A stretch of 45,664 nucleotides of DNA from an uncultured bacterium. Its GTDB lineage: Bacteria > Bacillota_I > Bacilli_A > RF39 > UBA660. The notes beneath the pieces are model-generated. The model did not search any database. It had not been told where the DNA came from and worked only from the letters and a program-made list of their open reading frames with translations. A program made the position numbers and the translations under genes. The stretch spans positions 1 to 45,664 of the forward strand of contig CAOJEC010000005.1 in the NCBI GenBank assembly GCA_948433885.1, read 5' to 3'. Positions 11,630 through 21,837 of this stretch are shown in pieces; position 1 is the stretch's first letter; each line of letters opens with the position of its first letter.

Positions 11630-12889
11630 ATGAAGAAAACATTGATAGAAGCTCCACTCGGATACTGGGAAGAAAAATCGTACATGATGGCAATTCCAAA
11701 AGACGATAGTAAAAACTTATTATCCGATGTCATTGAGAGAATTGCAACTATACCGAAAGTCAAAATTGTCGATACTGATTACGACATCGAAGGACACATA
11801 TACGTTACGCTTAGTTATGAAAAAGAACAGTACGAAGTCGGTGTTTACTTAGGCCCTGTGAATGTTCCCGAATATTATTTGAATCACAACTTTCTTTTCA
11901 CCAAAGAAGAAGCACAAGGGCTCCTAAACGCTCGCTTGGCACTTACAATATACATGGAGTTCAAAAAGAATGCCAAAAAATCGTATCATCTTCAGTTGAA
12001 AATAGCCAATGCCATCGTGCCCGAGTTGCTGGGAGTATTAGACGAAAGTGCCGAGAGAATGTTGCCGGCAAGATGGGTCAATTTGGCGGCCAATTCGAAA
12101 GTTTTGCCTAGTTCGAAAGACCTCTTTTCCGTTCAGGCCGTCAGTGGTAAAAATTCTAAAGTGTGGATGCATACTCATGGAATGACTCGTTGTCACATGA
12201 CAGAATTGGAGATTTTAGAATCAGATCAAGCCAATTACAATAACCACTTCAACTTACTTAGCATATATGCCATGTACTGCCTCGATAAAGGCGAAGCATT
12301 CGATCCACGAATCGAAAGTGCCTATATAGGGCAATTGATAAATGGATATCCCGTAGTAGTAACTTGTAGATCTTGGACCGAAGCAATATTCGAATACAAA
12401 AAATTGCAACTCGGTGGAGAAAAAGATCGCCAACAGGGTCACAATACGATGACAAGCCCCATGTTTTTGTTCAAAAGTCAACAGGATGAACAAAATGGGA
12501 CATTGAGCAAAATAAACGAATACGACTCCTTGTGGGGAGACAATCCTCTTTACTTTTTCAGTGACGAAGAAACTCAAAGAATGAAAGACTTGGCAATGGA
12601 AAGATTCGAATTCGTAAAAAGATCTTTCGATGAAAAATCGTACGACTGCCTCTTAAAAATAGGACTACCACTCAAACAAAAAGGAAAATTTGAACATATA
12701 TGGTTCGAACTTTTAGAGATCGACGGAGACAAATTTAAAGCCAAATTGACTCAAGAACCTTACGATATACCCGACATACACACCGGCTATACAAATTGGT
12801 TCACTGTAGAGGATATCACCGATTGGTTAATTTATACCCCAGAATTCGCCGTGAATCCTAGCAATGTTTATTTACTAGAAGAAATATAA
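11630..12889 (+). CDS. DUF4026-like protein
   Basis: SYMMAIP, WMHTHGMTRC..ELEIL, EHIWFEL motifs and length fit this family (from recall). Confidence 0.7.
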   Translation: MKKTLIEAPLGYWEEKSYMMAIPKDDSKNLLSDVIERIATIPKVKIVDTDYDIEGHIYVTLSYEKEQYEVGVYLGPVNVPEYYLNHNFLFTKEEAQGLLNARLALTIYMEFKKNAKKSYHLQLKIANAIVPELLGVLDESAERMLPARWVNLAANSKVLPSSKDLFSVQAVSGKNSKVWMHTHGMTRCHMTELEILESDQANYNNHFNLLSIYAMYCLDKGEAFDPRIESAYIGQLINGYPVVVTCRSWTEAIFEYKKLQLGGEKDRQQGHNTMTSPMFLFKSQQDEQNGTLSKINEYDSLWGDNPLYFFSDEETQRMKDLAMERFEFVKRSFDEKSYDCLLKIGLPLKQKGKFEHIWFELLEIDGDKFKAKLTQEPYDIPDIHTGYTNWFTVEDITDWLIYTPEFAVNPSNVYLLEEI

Positions 12890-12949
12890 GAGGAGTCCTT
12901 GTCTTTAAGTCATCAAAATATACCCTCGAATTTAGAAAGGATGTACCCT

Positions 12950-13579
12950 ATGAACCCGACAAAACCCAAAATCTTGACGACCGTGAACATGAATTTTGAA
13001 GATCTCGAAGATGAAACTACAGTGCGATGTGCAAAATTCGATACGAATCCTAAAAAGGGATCTACATTGAGAGAAATTACCTTCGAAGAATGTATTTTCG
13101 AAAATGTTTCATTCCAAGATACGCTCTTTATTCGCTTTGACTTCGTAGATGTCATCTTCAAAAACTGCGACTTATCGAACATGAAATTAGAAGAAAGATT
13201 TTTGAATCGCGTAATATTCGAAGAATGCAAGATGAACGGAACAAATTTCATCGATGCGACCTTGAAAGACGTGCATTTTAAAAATTGCTATACCAAATAT
13301 TTGAACTTCGCCGATGCACGCCTGACTTCTTTTAAAATAGAAAATTCCGAATTGATCGGTGCCACTTTTCAAGATACGAAAATTAAAAATTTGACCTTAG
13401 AAAAAGTCGACTTGACGGAAAGCGAATTCATTCATACACCTCTCGCGGGCGTAGATTTGTCGACTTGTGAACTTGGAAAGACTTCATTCGATTTCGATTC
13501 ACTCCGAGGAGTGACAGTCGATTTAGTCCAATGTCCAAAACTCGTAAGTTTACTAGGAGTACATATAAAAGATATATAA
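12950..13579 (+). CDS. Pentapeptide repeat protein
   Basis: Repeating F/LxxCxL/F pentapeptides; AGAAAGGA RBS before ATG 12950. Confidence 0.9.
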   Translation: MNPTKPKILTTVNMNFEDLEDETTVRCAKFDTNPKKGSTLREITFEECIFENVSFQDTLFIRFDFVDVIFKNCDLSNMKLEERFLNRVIFEECKMNGTNFIDATLKDVHFKNCYTKYLNFADARLTSFKIENSELIGATFQDTKIKNLTLEKVDLTESEFIHTPLAGVDLSTCELGKTSFDFDSLRGVTVDLVQCPKLVSLLGVHIKDI

Positions 13580-13658
13580 TTTGAAAATAATGAGTCACCA
13601 GAGTTGAAATAATTTTGAATCTATATTAAGATTAAATAAGAAATGGAGTAGATCGAAA

Positions 13659-14396
13659 ATGAACAAAGACACCAAAAAAATGTTGATACAATTTGTAGGT
13701 ACTATATGTGCCATAGTATTAGTCTTAGGAGGCCTAATGCTTTTGACCAAAGAAGGTAAAGTTTCCGATGGGCAAAAGTTCAAAGAAGAATACGAAGCGC
13801 TCAACAACACAGTAAGAAAAAGTGACGGACAAACATATGGAACTATGAATATACCAAAAGACAACCCGATCAAATATACGACTGCAAAAGAAGCATTGGA
13901 AGTATTAGACAGTAACTCGGCCATCATTTATATAGGGGCACCGTGGTGTCCATGGTGTAGAAATGCCATTCCCGTTTTGTTCGATCTTGCCGAAAAATAC
14001 GAGGTAGAAAACATCTACTACATCGAACTCGATGATATAAAATCGAATTACGAAGTAGAAAATGGAAAATTGAAACAAACGAGCAAAGGAACGGATGATT
14101 ACTATGCTCTTTTAGATAAATTGAAAGATCGTTTGGACGACTATGTGATAACTGATGACGATGGTAAAAAGTACGACACCGGCGAAAAGAGAATATTTAT
14201 GCCTTATGTAATCGCCGTACGTGACGGAGAAGTCGTCGGTGATAAAGTAGGAACAGTGACACTAAACAGTGGTCAAAACAAATACGATTCACTGACACAA
14301 GAACAAGTAGAACAACTCACAAAAACATACGAAAAACTTTACAAACTCGCTTACGAAGAGGACGAAAGCACTTGCACTGAAGGTTCGTGCGAGTGA
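13659..14396 (+). CDS. Membrane-anchored thioredoxin-fold protein
   Basis: N-terminal TM helix, WCPWC redox motif. Confidence 0.8.
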   Translation: MNKDTKKMLIQFVGTICAIVLVLGGLMLLTKEGKVSDGQKFKEEYEALNNTVRKSDGQTYGTMNIPKDNPIKYTTAKEALEVLDSNSAIIYIGAPWCPWCRNAIPVLFDLAEKYEVENIYYIELDDIKSNYEVENGKLKQTSKGTDDYYALLDKLKDRLDDYVITDDDGKKYDTGEKRIFMPYVIAVRDGEVVGDKVGTVTLNSGQNKYDSLTQEQVEQLTKTYEKLYKLAYEEDESTCTEGSCE

Positions 14397-14406
14397 ACAT
14401 CAAAAT

Positions 14407-14440
14407 GAAAACTACCGAAACAATCGAAATCGGTAGTTTT
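14407..14440. terminator. Bidirectional terminator
   Basis: AAAACTACCGA...TCGGTAGTTTT between convergent genes. Confidence 0.7.
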
Positions 14441-14448
14441 AATATGCA

Positions 14449-15018
14449 TTATAGAACTTTATCAACTAGTCCATAGTCGCATGCTGTAGAAGCATCCATG
14501 TAATTATCTCTTTCAGTATCTTTGCTTATTCTAGATACACTTTTGTTTGTCAAATGGGCGAGAAGTCTATTCATCTTATCGCGCAACTTCAGTATTCTAT
14601 CGGCATGTATTTTTATGACCGTAGCCTGTCCTTCCGTGCCACCTAAAACTTCGTGAATCATCACTTCACTATTCGGCAAAGCATATCTCTTGCCCCTAGC
14701 TCCTGCCGCCAATAAGAAGGCTGCCATGGACGCGGCCATTCCGACGACGATCGTCGAAACATCGCTTTTTATAAAATTCATCGTATCATAAATAGCCAAT
14801 CCCGCGCTCACTGAACCGCCGGGACTATTTATATAAAGAGAAATATCCTTGTCGCCGAGAGAATCTAAATATAACAATTCGGATATGACGATATTCGCCA
14901 CATCGTCCGTAATCTCTCCGCTCAAAAAGATGATACGATCATTTAACAATCTAGAATAGAGATCGAATGCTCTCTCTCCATTCGAAGTACGTTCTACCAC
15001 AGTTGGAATTAAAGTCAT
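14449..15018 (-). CDS. clpP: ATP-dependent Clp protease proteolytic subunit
   Basis: [23 protein letters not shown] (Ser), MIH (His), ERD (Asp). Confidence 0.97.
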   Translation of the reverse strand: MTLIPTVVERTSNGERAFDLYSRLLNDRIIFLSGEITDDVANIVISELLYLDSLGDKDISLYINSPGGSVSAGLAIYDTMNFIKSDVSTIVVGMAASMAAFLLAAGARGKRYALPNSEVMIHEVLGGTEGQATVIKIHADRILKLRDKMNRLLAHLTNKSVSRISKDTERDNYMDASTACDYGLVDKVL

Positions 15019-15052
15019 TTATTTTCACCTACTTATATAATAGTAAAAATTT

Positions 15053-15976
15053 TTACTTTTTATTCAGTAGTTTTTTTGGAAAAAATGTCACAATAGCCAA
15101 CAACAATAATCCAATCGAGTAATATTTGTACAAAAATGTCATTATTGCAGTACGCGAACATGCATAACTAGCCACTATCCAACAAATTGCTAATGGTACA
15201 TAAGGCAATATTTTCCCTTTCAAGTTCACATTTTTAAACCCTACTGCGACAGTGGCGATGAAATCTGTGACGATCATGATGACGAACAAGTTTTCTACAT
15301 TGGAGAAAAATTCGTAAATCTTGATACGTTTCAACAATATGAACTCCGGATATCTATAAAGCGCTGCTTCTTGACTGCCAAGGATAGTTATTACTAAAAA
15401 TGATAAAACCAAAACCGTGATGATCGAAGCAACATAATTGATCAAGAGACTCTTCTTATCTTTAAAATCGTTCAAACATAAAACCGGAGTTACACTCGTC
15501 AAAACGAAGATAGCGGCACCCAATAATATGCTTTTCACCTCGAAAGATAAAGGTAGTAAATTCTCCGTCTTCACTAAAGGAGCCAAAATTCCACTCGACA
15601 TGAAGAACATGAACAAAGTGAAGATGAACAACAAATATATAGTTCTCTTGAAAGCCGATTCTTGAGTTCTACTTACCATGAATCCGACGATCAAAGGAGC
15701 AAAAGTCAAGATGTAGTTTGGTGTCTCTTTCAAATACATCGTTCCACCCATATTAGCTAAGATAATCGTCGCCAAGAAAGCGAATACACATCCTGTCAAA
15801 ATCTTGAACCATTTGCTATCGTACACTCGCTTGACAAAGTACAAAATACCAAAACCGACGACTGCTCCCAATATTTCAGAAATCCAAAATCCGGTTCCTG
15901 CAATGTTCAATATCAAAGAAAGACCGAACCCCCAAAACAACACTCTACTATAGAAAAACGCAACTTTATTCTCCAT
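15053..15976 (-). CDS. Spore germination receptor B subunit (GerAB/KB family)
   Basis: Multi-TM protein with LYRYP..LLKRI..FFSNVE motif; third gene of a ger operon. Confidence 0.8.
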   Translation of the reverse strand: MENKVAFFYSRVLFWGFGLSLILNIAGTGFWISEILGAVVGFGILYFVKRVYDSKWFKILTGCVFAFLATIILANMGGTMYLKETPNYILTFAPLIVGFMVSRTQESAFKRTIYLLFIFTLFMFFMSSGILAPLVKTENLLPLSFEVKSILLGAAIFVLTSVTPVLCLNDFKDKKSLLINYVASIITVLVLSFLVITILGSQEAALYRYPEFILLKRIKIYEFFSNVENLFVIMIVTDFIATVAVGFKNVNLKGKILPYVPLAICWIVASYACSRTAIMTFLYKYYSIGLLLLAIVTFFPKKLLNKK

Positions 15977-17018
15977 TCTTGCTTCCTCCCAAAGAATTCA
16001 ACAGCAAACCTTTCTCGCTTATCGTCAAATCGGCTTTGAATTCGATATCTATGTTTTTCCATGTGTCACTCTCGACCAATTTAGGAAAATACAAATAATA
16101 ATAGTAATTGAAATTGAACATATCGTGATCCAATCTTCTACCGTAATCGATTATTTCTTGCCCGGTCTTTTCTAAATCGCCGTTCAATTCCTTTTCCAAT
16201 TTATCCAAAGAGACATCGTCCAAAGAATCGTTTTCTTTCGTATCCAAAAGACGAGCATGTCCCTTCAAAGTAAAGACTATTTTATCCTTCTTTATTTCTT
16301 TCTCGAACTTGTATTCGTGAATTTCGTAAGTATACTCTCCGTATGTTTGAAACCTATTGTTGTTCTTCATCAAAAGATTTTCCAACAAAACGGCATCTTT
16401 ATCGACTTTGAAAGTCATCTTGTTGTCGATAAATAAATACGTATCTTCCAAAGTTATTTTGTCGTCGATCACTTCGACGCTTCCTATCATATAGTAGTTA
16501 TCCCTTAAATAGTTGAAAGCGACGTCTCGTAGAGTACTCGTCAAATAGCGACCGTTGTCCTCGAGATTTCTTTTAGCATTCATGCGAGCCATTTCTCCGA
16601 TAGACTCTTTGGGTTCCGTTTCAAAATCCAATATAGAATCCACATCTTCGGTGACAAAAATATAAAAATCTCTTCTGAACTGAGTATTTCTTAACAAAAA
16701 GTCCAAAAACTTGTCTATTCCATCCTCGGCTATATTTTTGCTCAAAATAAGCGTTTTCATATGGCTGAAAAAGGGAGTAGAAGCTGAGTCAAAATAGATG
16801 TTGTTGAGAGCTTCCTCTAAAGAAAAACCTTCTCCACTTAGGAAGTACGAACCAGCAGGCGCACTTTCACTCGTGTCGAGCACTTCGATATTGACGACAT
16901 ATTTATCCTCTTTGTAATCCACTATCAAACTAGACACAATCTCCAAATCGTTCAATTCGTTGTAGTCATAACATCCTGTACAAAACAAAACTAACACGAT
17001 GATCAATAATTTTTTCAT
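15966..17018 (-). CDS. Spore germination receptor C subunit lipoprotein, Ger(x)C
   Basis: Lipobox CTGC followed by YDYNELNDLEIV; FFSH motif. Confidence 0.9.
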   Translation of the reverse strand: MKKLLIIVLVLFCTGCYDYNELNDLEIVSSLIVDYKEDKYVVNIEVLDTSESAPAGSYFLSGEGFSLEEALNNIYFDSASTPFFSHMKTLILSKNIAEDGIDKFLDFLLRNTQFRRDFYIFVTEDVDSILDFETEPKESIGEMARMNAKRNLEDNGRYLTSTLRDVAFNYLRDNYYMIGSVEVIDDKITLEDTYLFIDNKMTFKVDKDAVLLENLLMKNNNRFQTYGEYTYEIHEYKFEKEIKKDKIVFTLKGHARLLDTKENDSLDDVSLDKLEKELNGDLEKTGQEIIDYGRRLDHDMFNFNYYYYLYFPKLVESDTWKNIDIEFKADLTISEKGLLLNSLGGSKNGE

Positions 17019-18289
17019 AAATAATTCCCTTCATTCATTTGTACGTTTGTCATCATTGCCAAGAAAGCGATGATCGTCATCGATAGACCATAAAGACCTA
17101 GGAAACTTGCTACCAATAAGAACACGAATCTCATCACCCTCAGTGCGTTGACCAACTTAACTTGTGTAAAAATAAGGCTCGAGATGAAAGATATGGCGAC
17201 GACTATTATCATAATAGGACTCACAAATCCAGCACTGACGGCAGCTTCACCTAAAATCAATGCACCCAAAATCGAAGCACTACTACCGTAATTACTCGGG
17301 AACCTGATATCTGATTCTCTCAAAACCTCACATATTACGAGCATGATGACCGCCTCGACGATAGCCGGGAAGGGGACACCACTTCGCTGTTCGGAGAAAC
17401 TTATGAGTAGACTCGTCGGAATAGCTTCCTGATCGAAATTGATAAGCGCGATGTATATTGCCGGAGTCAAAACTGTCAAAAAAAGACACAAATATCTAAG
17501 TACTCTCACGAAATCGTCCGTAGTAAATGGATTAATGAAATTTCTAAATCGTGCATTCAATACTAAAACGAAAGGCGTATTATCTATCGTGAGAACGATA
17601 TAACCTTTCAAAAGGTATCTCGCGACTATCGCAGGTGTCTCCGTTTTCAAAATCGTCGGAAATACTGCACTGTTTTCTAATTCTTTGACTATGTCGTAAG
17701 AATCGATAACTTCCGTATCTTTGAATTTATTCAAAATTCCTTGTGTTTTTTCTAAGGCGGTCTTGTCGACTTTATCATCTATATATATGACTCCGATTTT
17801 AGTCTTCGTATAAACTCCACGATCGACACTTTCGATTTTTAAATTTTTGTTCTTTATTCTTCGCTTGATCAAGCCGACATTCTTTTGATAGTTTTCACAA
17901 AAGGCATCTTTTGGGCCGTACATGTTCGGTTCCGTTTGACTCATCGTCACTCCACGATCCAAATTGGCTTTCGCTTCGATCGCAAATATTTTGTCCTTAT
18001 GTAAAATTACGACAAACCCATTTTCTAAGTGATAGAACATTTCCTCACTATTGGTCAAATCTGACAACTTAGGTCCACCCAATATCGGTTTTAAATCTTT
18101 GATCTTCTTGTTCAAATTCAAATAAGCTCTGACATTTTTGATCACGAAATCTGCAATATTAGCAGAATCGACTAGACTTTCAAAAAATGCCAAATAGATT
18201 TTATCTTTCGTTCCCGATTCGATCTCTCTCAAGACAAAATCTGGGTTATCTTGAAATGATTTTTTTAAGTATTTTGCATTGCCATTCAT
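17015..18289 (-). CDS. Spore germination receptor A subunit (GerAA/KA family)
   Basis: GPKDAFCE..NVGLIKRRI, RSGVPFP, EVLRES, LILGEAAVSAG. ATG 18289 with GGTGA RBS avoids overlap with tagO. Confidence 0.92.
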   Translation of the reverse strand: MNGNAKYLKKSFQDNPDFVLREIESGTKDKIYLAFFESLVDSANIADFVIKNVRAYLNLNKKIKDLKPILGGPKLSDLTNSEEMFYHLENGFVVILHKDKIFAIEAKANLDRGVTMSQTEPNMYGPKDAFCENYQKNVGLIKRRIKNKNLKIESVDRGVYTKTKIGVIYIDDKVDKTALEKTQGILNKFKDTEVIDSYDIVKELENSAVFPTILKTETPAIVARYLLKGYIVLTIDNTPFVLVLNARFRNFINPFTTDDFVRVLRYLCLFLTVLTPAIYIALINFDQEAIPTSLLISFSEQRSGVPFPAIVEAVIMLVICEVLRESDIRFPSNYGSSASILGALILGEAAVSAGFVSPIMIIVVAISFISSLIFTQVKLVNALRVMRFVFLLVASFLGLYGLSMTIIAFLAMMTNVQMNEGNYL

Positions 18290-18392
18290 ACAGTTCACCA
18301 GTTTTAGTATGGTAAAAATTTCTAAAATTACCCTCAATAATTTGTATTTTGCCAATTTTGTTGTATAATATTTATATAAATGGAGTGATTTC

Positions 18393-19457
18393 ATGTCATT
18401 AGTAGTAAATGGACACAGTGTCATCATGATGGCCTTAGTCAGTTTTATGGTGAGCCTATTGCTCGTACCTATATGTAAAAAAGTATCCATACATATAAAT
18501 GCGATGGACATTCCAAACGAGCGAAAAGTTCACAAGCACCCGATGCCACGACTCGGCGGATTGGCAATATATCTTTCATTTTTGATATGCTACATGTTTT
18601 TTGGAGTCATCACGACCGAAATGCTCTCCATAGTAATCGCGAGCTTCGTCATCATCTTATTCGGCATCATCGACGACATTAACCCGATGAAGGCCCGGTA
18701 TAAACTGATCGGTCAACTGATCGCTGCAGGAATCATCGTATTTTATGGCAACATCATTTTGAAAGAAGTTTATCTTTTCGATTATTATATAAGTTTTGGA
18801 AGCCTGTCTCCTTATTTGACGATATTCTTCATAATCGCCTGTATAAATGCTATAAACTTGATCGATGGACTAGACGGACTCGCTTCCGGAATATCGACGA
18901 TCTATTTTTCTACGATCGCAATAATAGCTCTTATGACCAACCGTATAGGAGGACTAGACATTACCATAAGCATTCTTATGACCGGCGCAACCCTCGGATT
19001 TCTCGTCTTCAATTTTCCACCCGCTAAGATTTTCATGGGAGATACGGGTAGCCAATTCTTGGGGTTCATCATTGCGATCATCTCATTGCTAGGATTCAAA
19101 AATGTTACATTCAACAGCTTGGTCGTGCCGATCATAATTTTGGCAATTCCTATATTCGATACGCTTTTCGCAATATTGAGAAGATTTTTGAAAGGCGAAT
19201 CGATTGGAACACCAGACAAAGAACACTTCCATCATCAATTGCTCAAGATGAAGTTTTCTACTAGGGTCACCGTTTTGATCATATATATCATCGATATCGC
19301 ATTTGCAACGACGTCCATATTGATCACTTTGGGCGATAACAAGATAGCAAGTTATATCTACATAGGATTGGTCGTCCTCCTGATAATCATCGTATGGAAA
19401 ACCGATATTCTCTTCGAGCACAAGAAGAGAAAAGATAAAAAGAAAAAGCAAAAATAA
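18393..19457 (+). CDS. tagO: Undecaprenyl-phosphate GlcNAc-1-phosphate transferase (TagO/WecA)
   Basis: RKVH..PMPRLGG, NAINLIDGLDGLA, FNFPPAKIFMGDTGS, DKEHFHHQL. Confidence 0.9.
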   Translation: MSLVVNGHSVIMMALVSFMVSLLLVPICKKVSIHINAMDIPNERKVHKHPMPRLGGLAIYLSFLICYMFFGVITTEMLSIVIASFVIILFGIIDDINPMKARYKLIGQLIAAGIIVFYGNIILKEVYLFDYYISFGSLSPYLTIFFIIACINAINLIDGLDGLASGISTIYFSTIAIIALMTNRIGGLDITISILMTGATLGFLVFNFPPAKIFMGDTGSQFLGFIIAIISLLGFKNVTFNSLVVPIIILAIPIFDTLFAILRRFLKGESIGTPDKEHFHHQLLKMKFSTRVTVLIIYIIDIAFATTSILITLGDNKIASYIYIGLVVLLIIIVWKTDILFEHKKRKDKKKKQK

Positions 19458-19498
19458 GCCTAAAAACGGGCTTTTTTATTGGCCAAAAACAAAAAAAT

Positions 19499-19526
19499 TT
19501 GACAAAATCGAAAAAAAGTGTATAAT
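19499..19526 (+). promoter_or_regulatory. Consensus sigma-A promoter
   Basis: TTGACA-16-TATAAT upstream of the J-domain gene. Confidence 0.7.
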
Positions 19527-19560
19527 ATGTACCGAATTAAAAAAAGGGGGGTTTTTGCAT

Positions 19561-20829
19561 ATGGCAAAACTAGAAAATTATTATGAATTATTGGAAGTTG
19601 CACCCAATGCCACTTCAGCTGAAATAAGGGATTCTTTTATAGCTAAATCGAAACTTTATCATACAGATGTAGGCCAAGGAAACCATTATTTTCAAGCGTT
19701 GCTCAATGAAGCATACGAAACACTAAAAAACAGTGATAAAAGAGCGGAATATGACAAAGCGTTGATGGAAGCACAAAAAGGCACTGCCGCATTGGATAGA
19801 GCTCAAGTCGCTGAAACTAAAAAACAAATACGAGAGAAATTGGGATTACCTGACCATTATAATGCTCTAAACATATCTAGACAGGTAACATCTGAAGAAA
19901 TACTCGAAGCGTATAGAAAAGTTTATAAACAATTCCAAGAAGGTGTATTTGGTCCAAAAACTGAAGAAAGAGCCTTGAGTATAATGAAAGCAGCACAAAA
20001 GGCACGCCAAGTACTTTCTTCTTCAGAAAAAGAACATTACGATGAACAATGGGACGCAACATACGGAATGGCATTGAAAGGTTGTTCATTCGGTATGCTC
20101 GCCTTACCGGGTAGAGGAGGACTAGTAAAAGCTAATAATGAAGTTAAAACAGCTGTTTCTAAAGCTAAACCTCATACATTAGCGAAACCTAAAGCTTCTC
20201 ATTTGACACAAGAGATGGAAATTGTAGAAAAAACTCAACAAAGATCAGTTCCTCAAGTAGAAAACACTACTAAAATCAATACGTCATCTCCTAAAGGAGT
20301 GCGTACTACAAAACCGATCGACTTGGACACTCCAACTGCTACACATGGAAAATCGGCCAGTTTCAAAGGTCGTCAAGTATTGCCAAGCTATATTAATGTA
20401 GTATTGATGCAAGAGATCATAAAAAACAAACCAATAGCAGGAGCAGACATATCGTATCCTGTAAGAGGACTATTTGGAATATTTGGAAAAGATTACACAT
20501 TCCAATTTGCAATAGAAAAAGATGACGTTTTTTGTAACGAACGCTTGGAAAGTTTGAATGGTCAACCACTTACAGATTGGATTTACTATAATAAGTTTTG
20601 GAATGATGTTCAAAAGCCATTCATGATAAGTGGTCGCGAAGTAATAGCGCTACCAGCCGAAACATTTTTACCGATGACAAGTATCAGAAATTCACATTTT
20701 ATAGGCGGTAGAATTAGCAAATCTTATCTAGCAAGTATTCAAGAAATAGTCACTAAAGCGATTTTAGCAAACCCTCAAATAATAGAGGCATACTTTGATT
20801 ACGAAAATCAAAATGGAAAGAGATATTAA
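19561..20829 (+). CDS. Tandem J-domain-like protein lacking HPD motifs
   Basis: NYYELLEV..A...EI...YHTD...LNEAYETL....R..YD plus a second DHYNALNI...EI..AY...VLS....HYD repeat. Confidence 0.75.
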   Translation: MAKLENYYELLEVAPNATSAEIRDSFIAKSKLYHTDVGQGNHYFQALLNEAYETLKNSDKRAEYDKALMEAQKGTAALDRAQVAETKKQIREKLGLPDHYNALNISRQVTSEEILEAYRKVYKQFQEGVFGPKTEERALSIMKAAQKARQVLSSSEKEHYDEQWDATYGMALKGCSFGMLALPGRGGLVKANNEVKTAVSKAKPHTLAKPKASHLTQEMEIVEKTQQRSVPQVENTTKINTSSPKGVRTTKPIDLDTPTATHGKSASFKGRQVLPSYINVVLMQEIIKNKPIAGADISYPVRGLFGIFGKDYTFQFAIEKDDVFCNERLESLNGQPLTDWIYYNKFWNDVQKPFMISGREVIALPAETFLPMTSIRNSHFIGGRISKSYLASIQEIVTKAILANPQIIEAYFDYENQNGKRY

Positions 20830-20952
20830 AAATTTGGTTATGAGCACCGAATTTTTTTCTTTAATTGACGCATGACTCCAGCAATAGATCTAAAAAACAT
20901 TGCGTTAACCCTCACTTTATGCTAGAATAAAAACGAAATCAGGTGAATTTAT

Positions 20953-21177
20953 ATGGAAATGGCACTTTTAATATTATCAGTTATACTCATTGCATTGGTT
21001 CTTTTACAAGGAAGCAAAGCATCCGATGCGGGAGCAAGTCAAATAATCTCAGGAGGAAATTCTGAACTTTTCCAAGCACAAAAAGAAAGAGGAATAGAAT
21101 TGTTCATAAGCAGATTGACATTCCTATGTGGAACAGCATTCATGGTTCTAGCATTCCTCATCATGTTCACTGCTTAA
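20953..21177 (+). CDS. secG: Preprotein translocase subunit SecG
   Basis: LVLLQ..K, ISGG..ELF...KERG, two TM helices; upstream of rnr. Confidence 0.93.
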   Translation: MEMALLILSVILIALVLLQGSKASDAGASQIISGGNSELFQAQKERGIELFISRLTFLCGTAFMVLAFLIMFTA

Positions 21178-21335
21178 AATTTGAAGTCGATAGAGACTTC
21201 GATTTTTATTTTGTTGTGAAAAGTTTAAAATGCTCATAAACAAATGACAAATAATCCTATCAAAATGTCGATCGAACAAAAATTTTATATCTCAGACAAC
21301 CTTATGAGATAAAATTTTTAAGGTGATATAAAAAT

Positions 21336-21749
21336 ATGAAAATACTGACGATCGAAAAAACTATAAAATTCGAAATATCGGACACTTTATTCGATGCTAT
21401 CGACACGAAAAAAAACTTTGTTCGCTCGGTTGAAAATGATGAAGAGATACATTTGGTAGGAACAAATCTAACAGAAAAAGGCGCAGTTCTCCATCGAATG
21501 ATAACCGTATTGGCTGCACGAATAGCTGAGTCCTTTTCTACAAAAGATCTCGATGAAAGAATGAAATTTAGTTCTAAATTGGCCCATCGTTTGATAACAT
21601 CCCAAACATTCTTGGCCAATCTAACTCAAAATCCTGTGGATTTACACAGCTATTGGGAACTTATAGACCTTTTAGGAGAGACGATCTCTTTCCACAATGG
21701 ACAAATGACACAATCAAAAGCAGCTGAAAAAAGTTTTCAAACAAATTAA
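21336..21749 (+). CDS. Hypothetical protein
   Basis: AAGGTGA RBS, host-like codon usage, flanked by terminator-like hairpins. Confidence 0.6.
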   Translation: MKILTIEKTIKFEISDTLFDAIDTKKNFVRSVENDEEIHLVGTNLTEKGAVLHRMITVLAARIAESFSTKDLDERMKFSSKLAHRLITSQTFLANLTQNPVDLHSYWELIDLLGETISFHNGQMTQSKAAEKSFQTN

Positions 21750-21837
21750 ATTTACACATCAGAAAGTACACCTCTCGTGTATTTTTCTTTTGTTTTACAG
21801 TTTTGTGATATAATATAAAAAGAAAGAACGTGATAAT

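Noticed and set aside
18290-18511. N-terminal extension of the GerA-type ORF overlapping tagO
   Set aside because: An RBS-supported ATG at 18289 gives a normal divergent arrangement.
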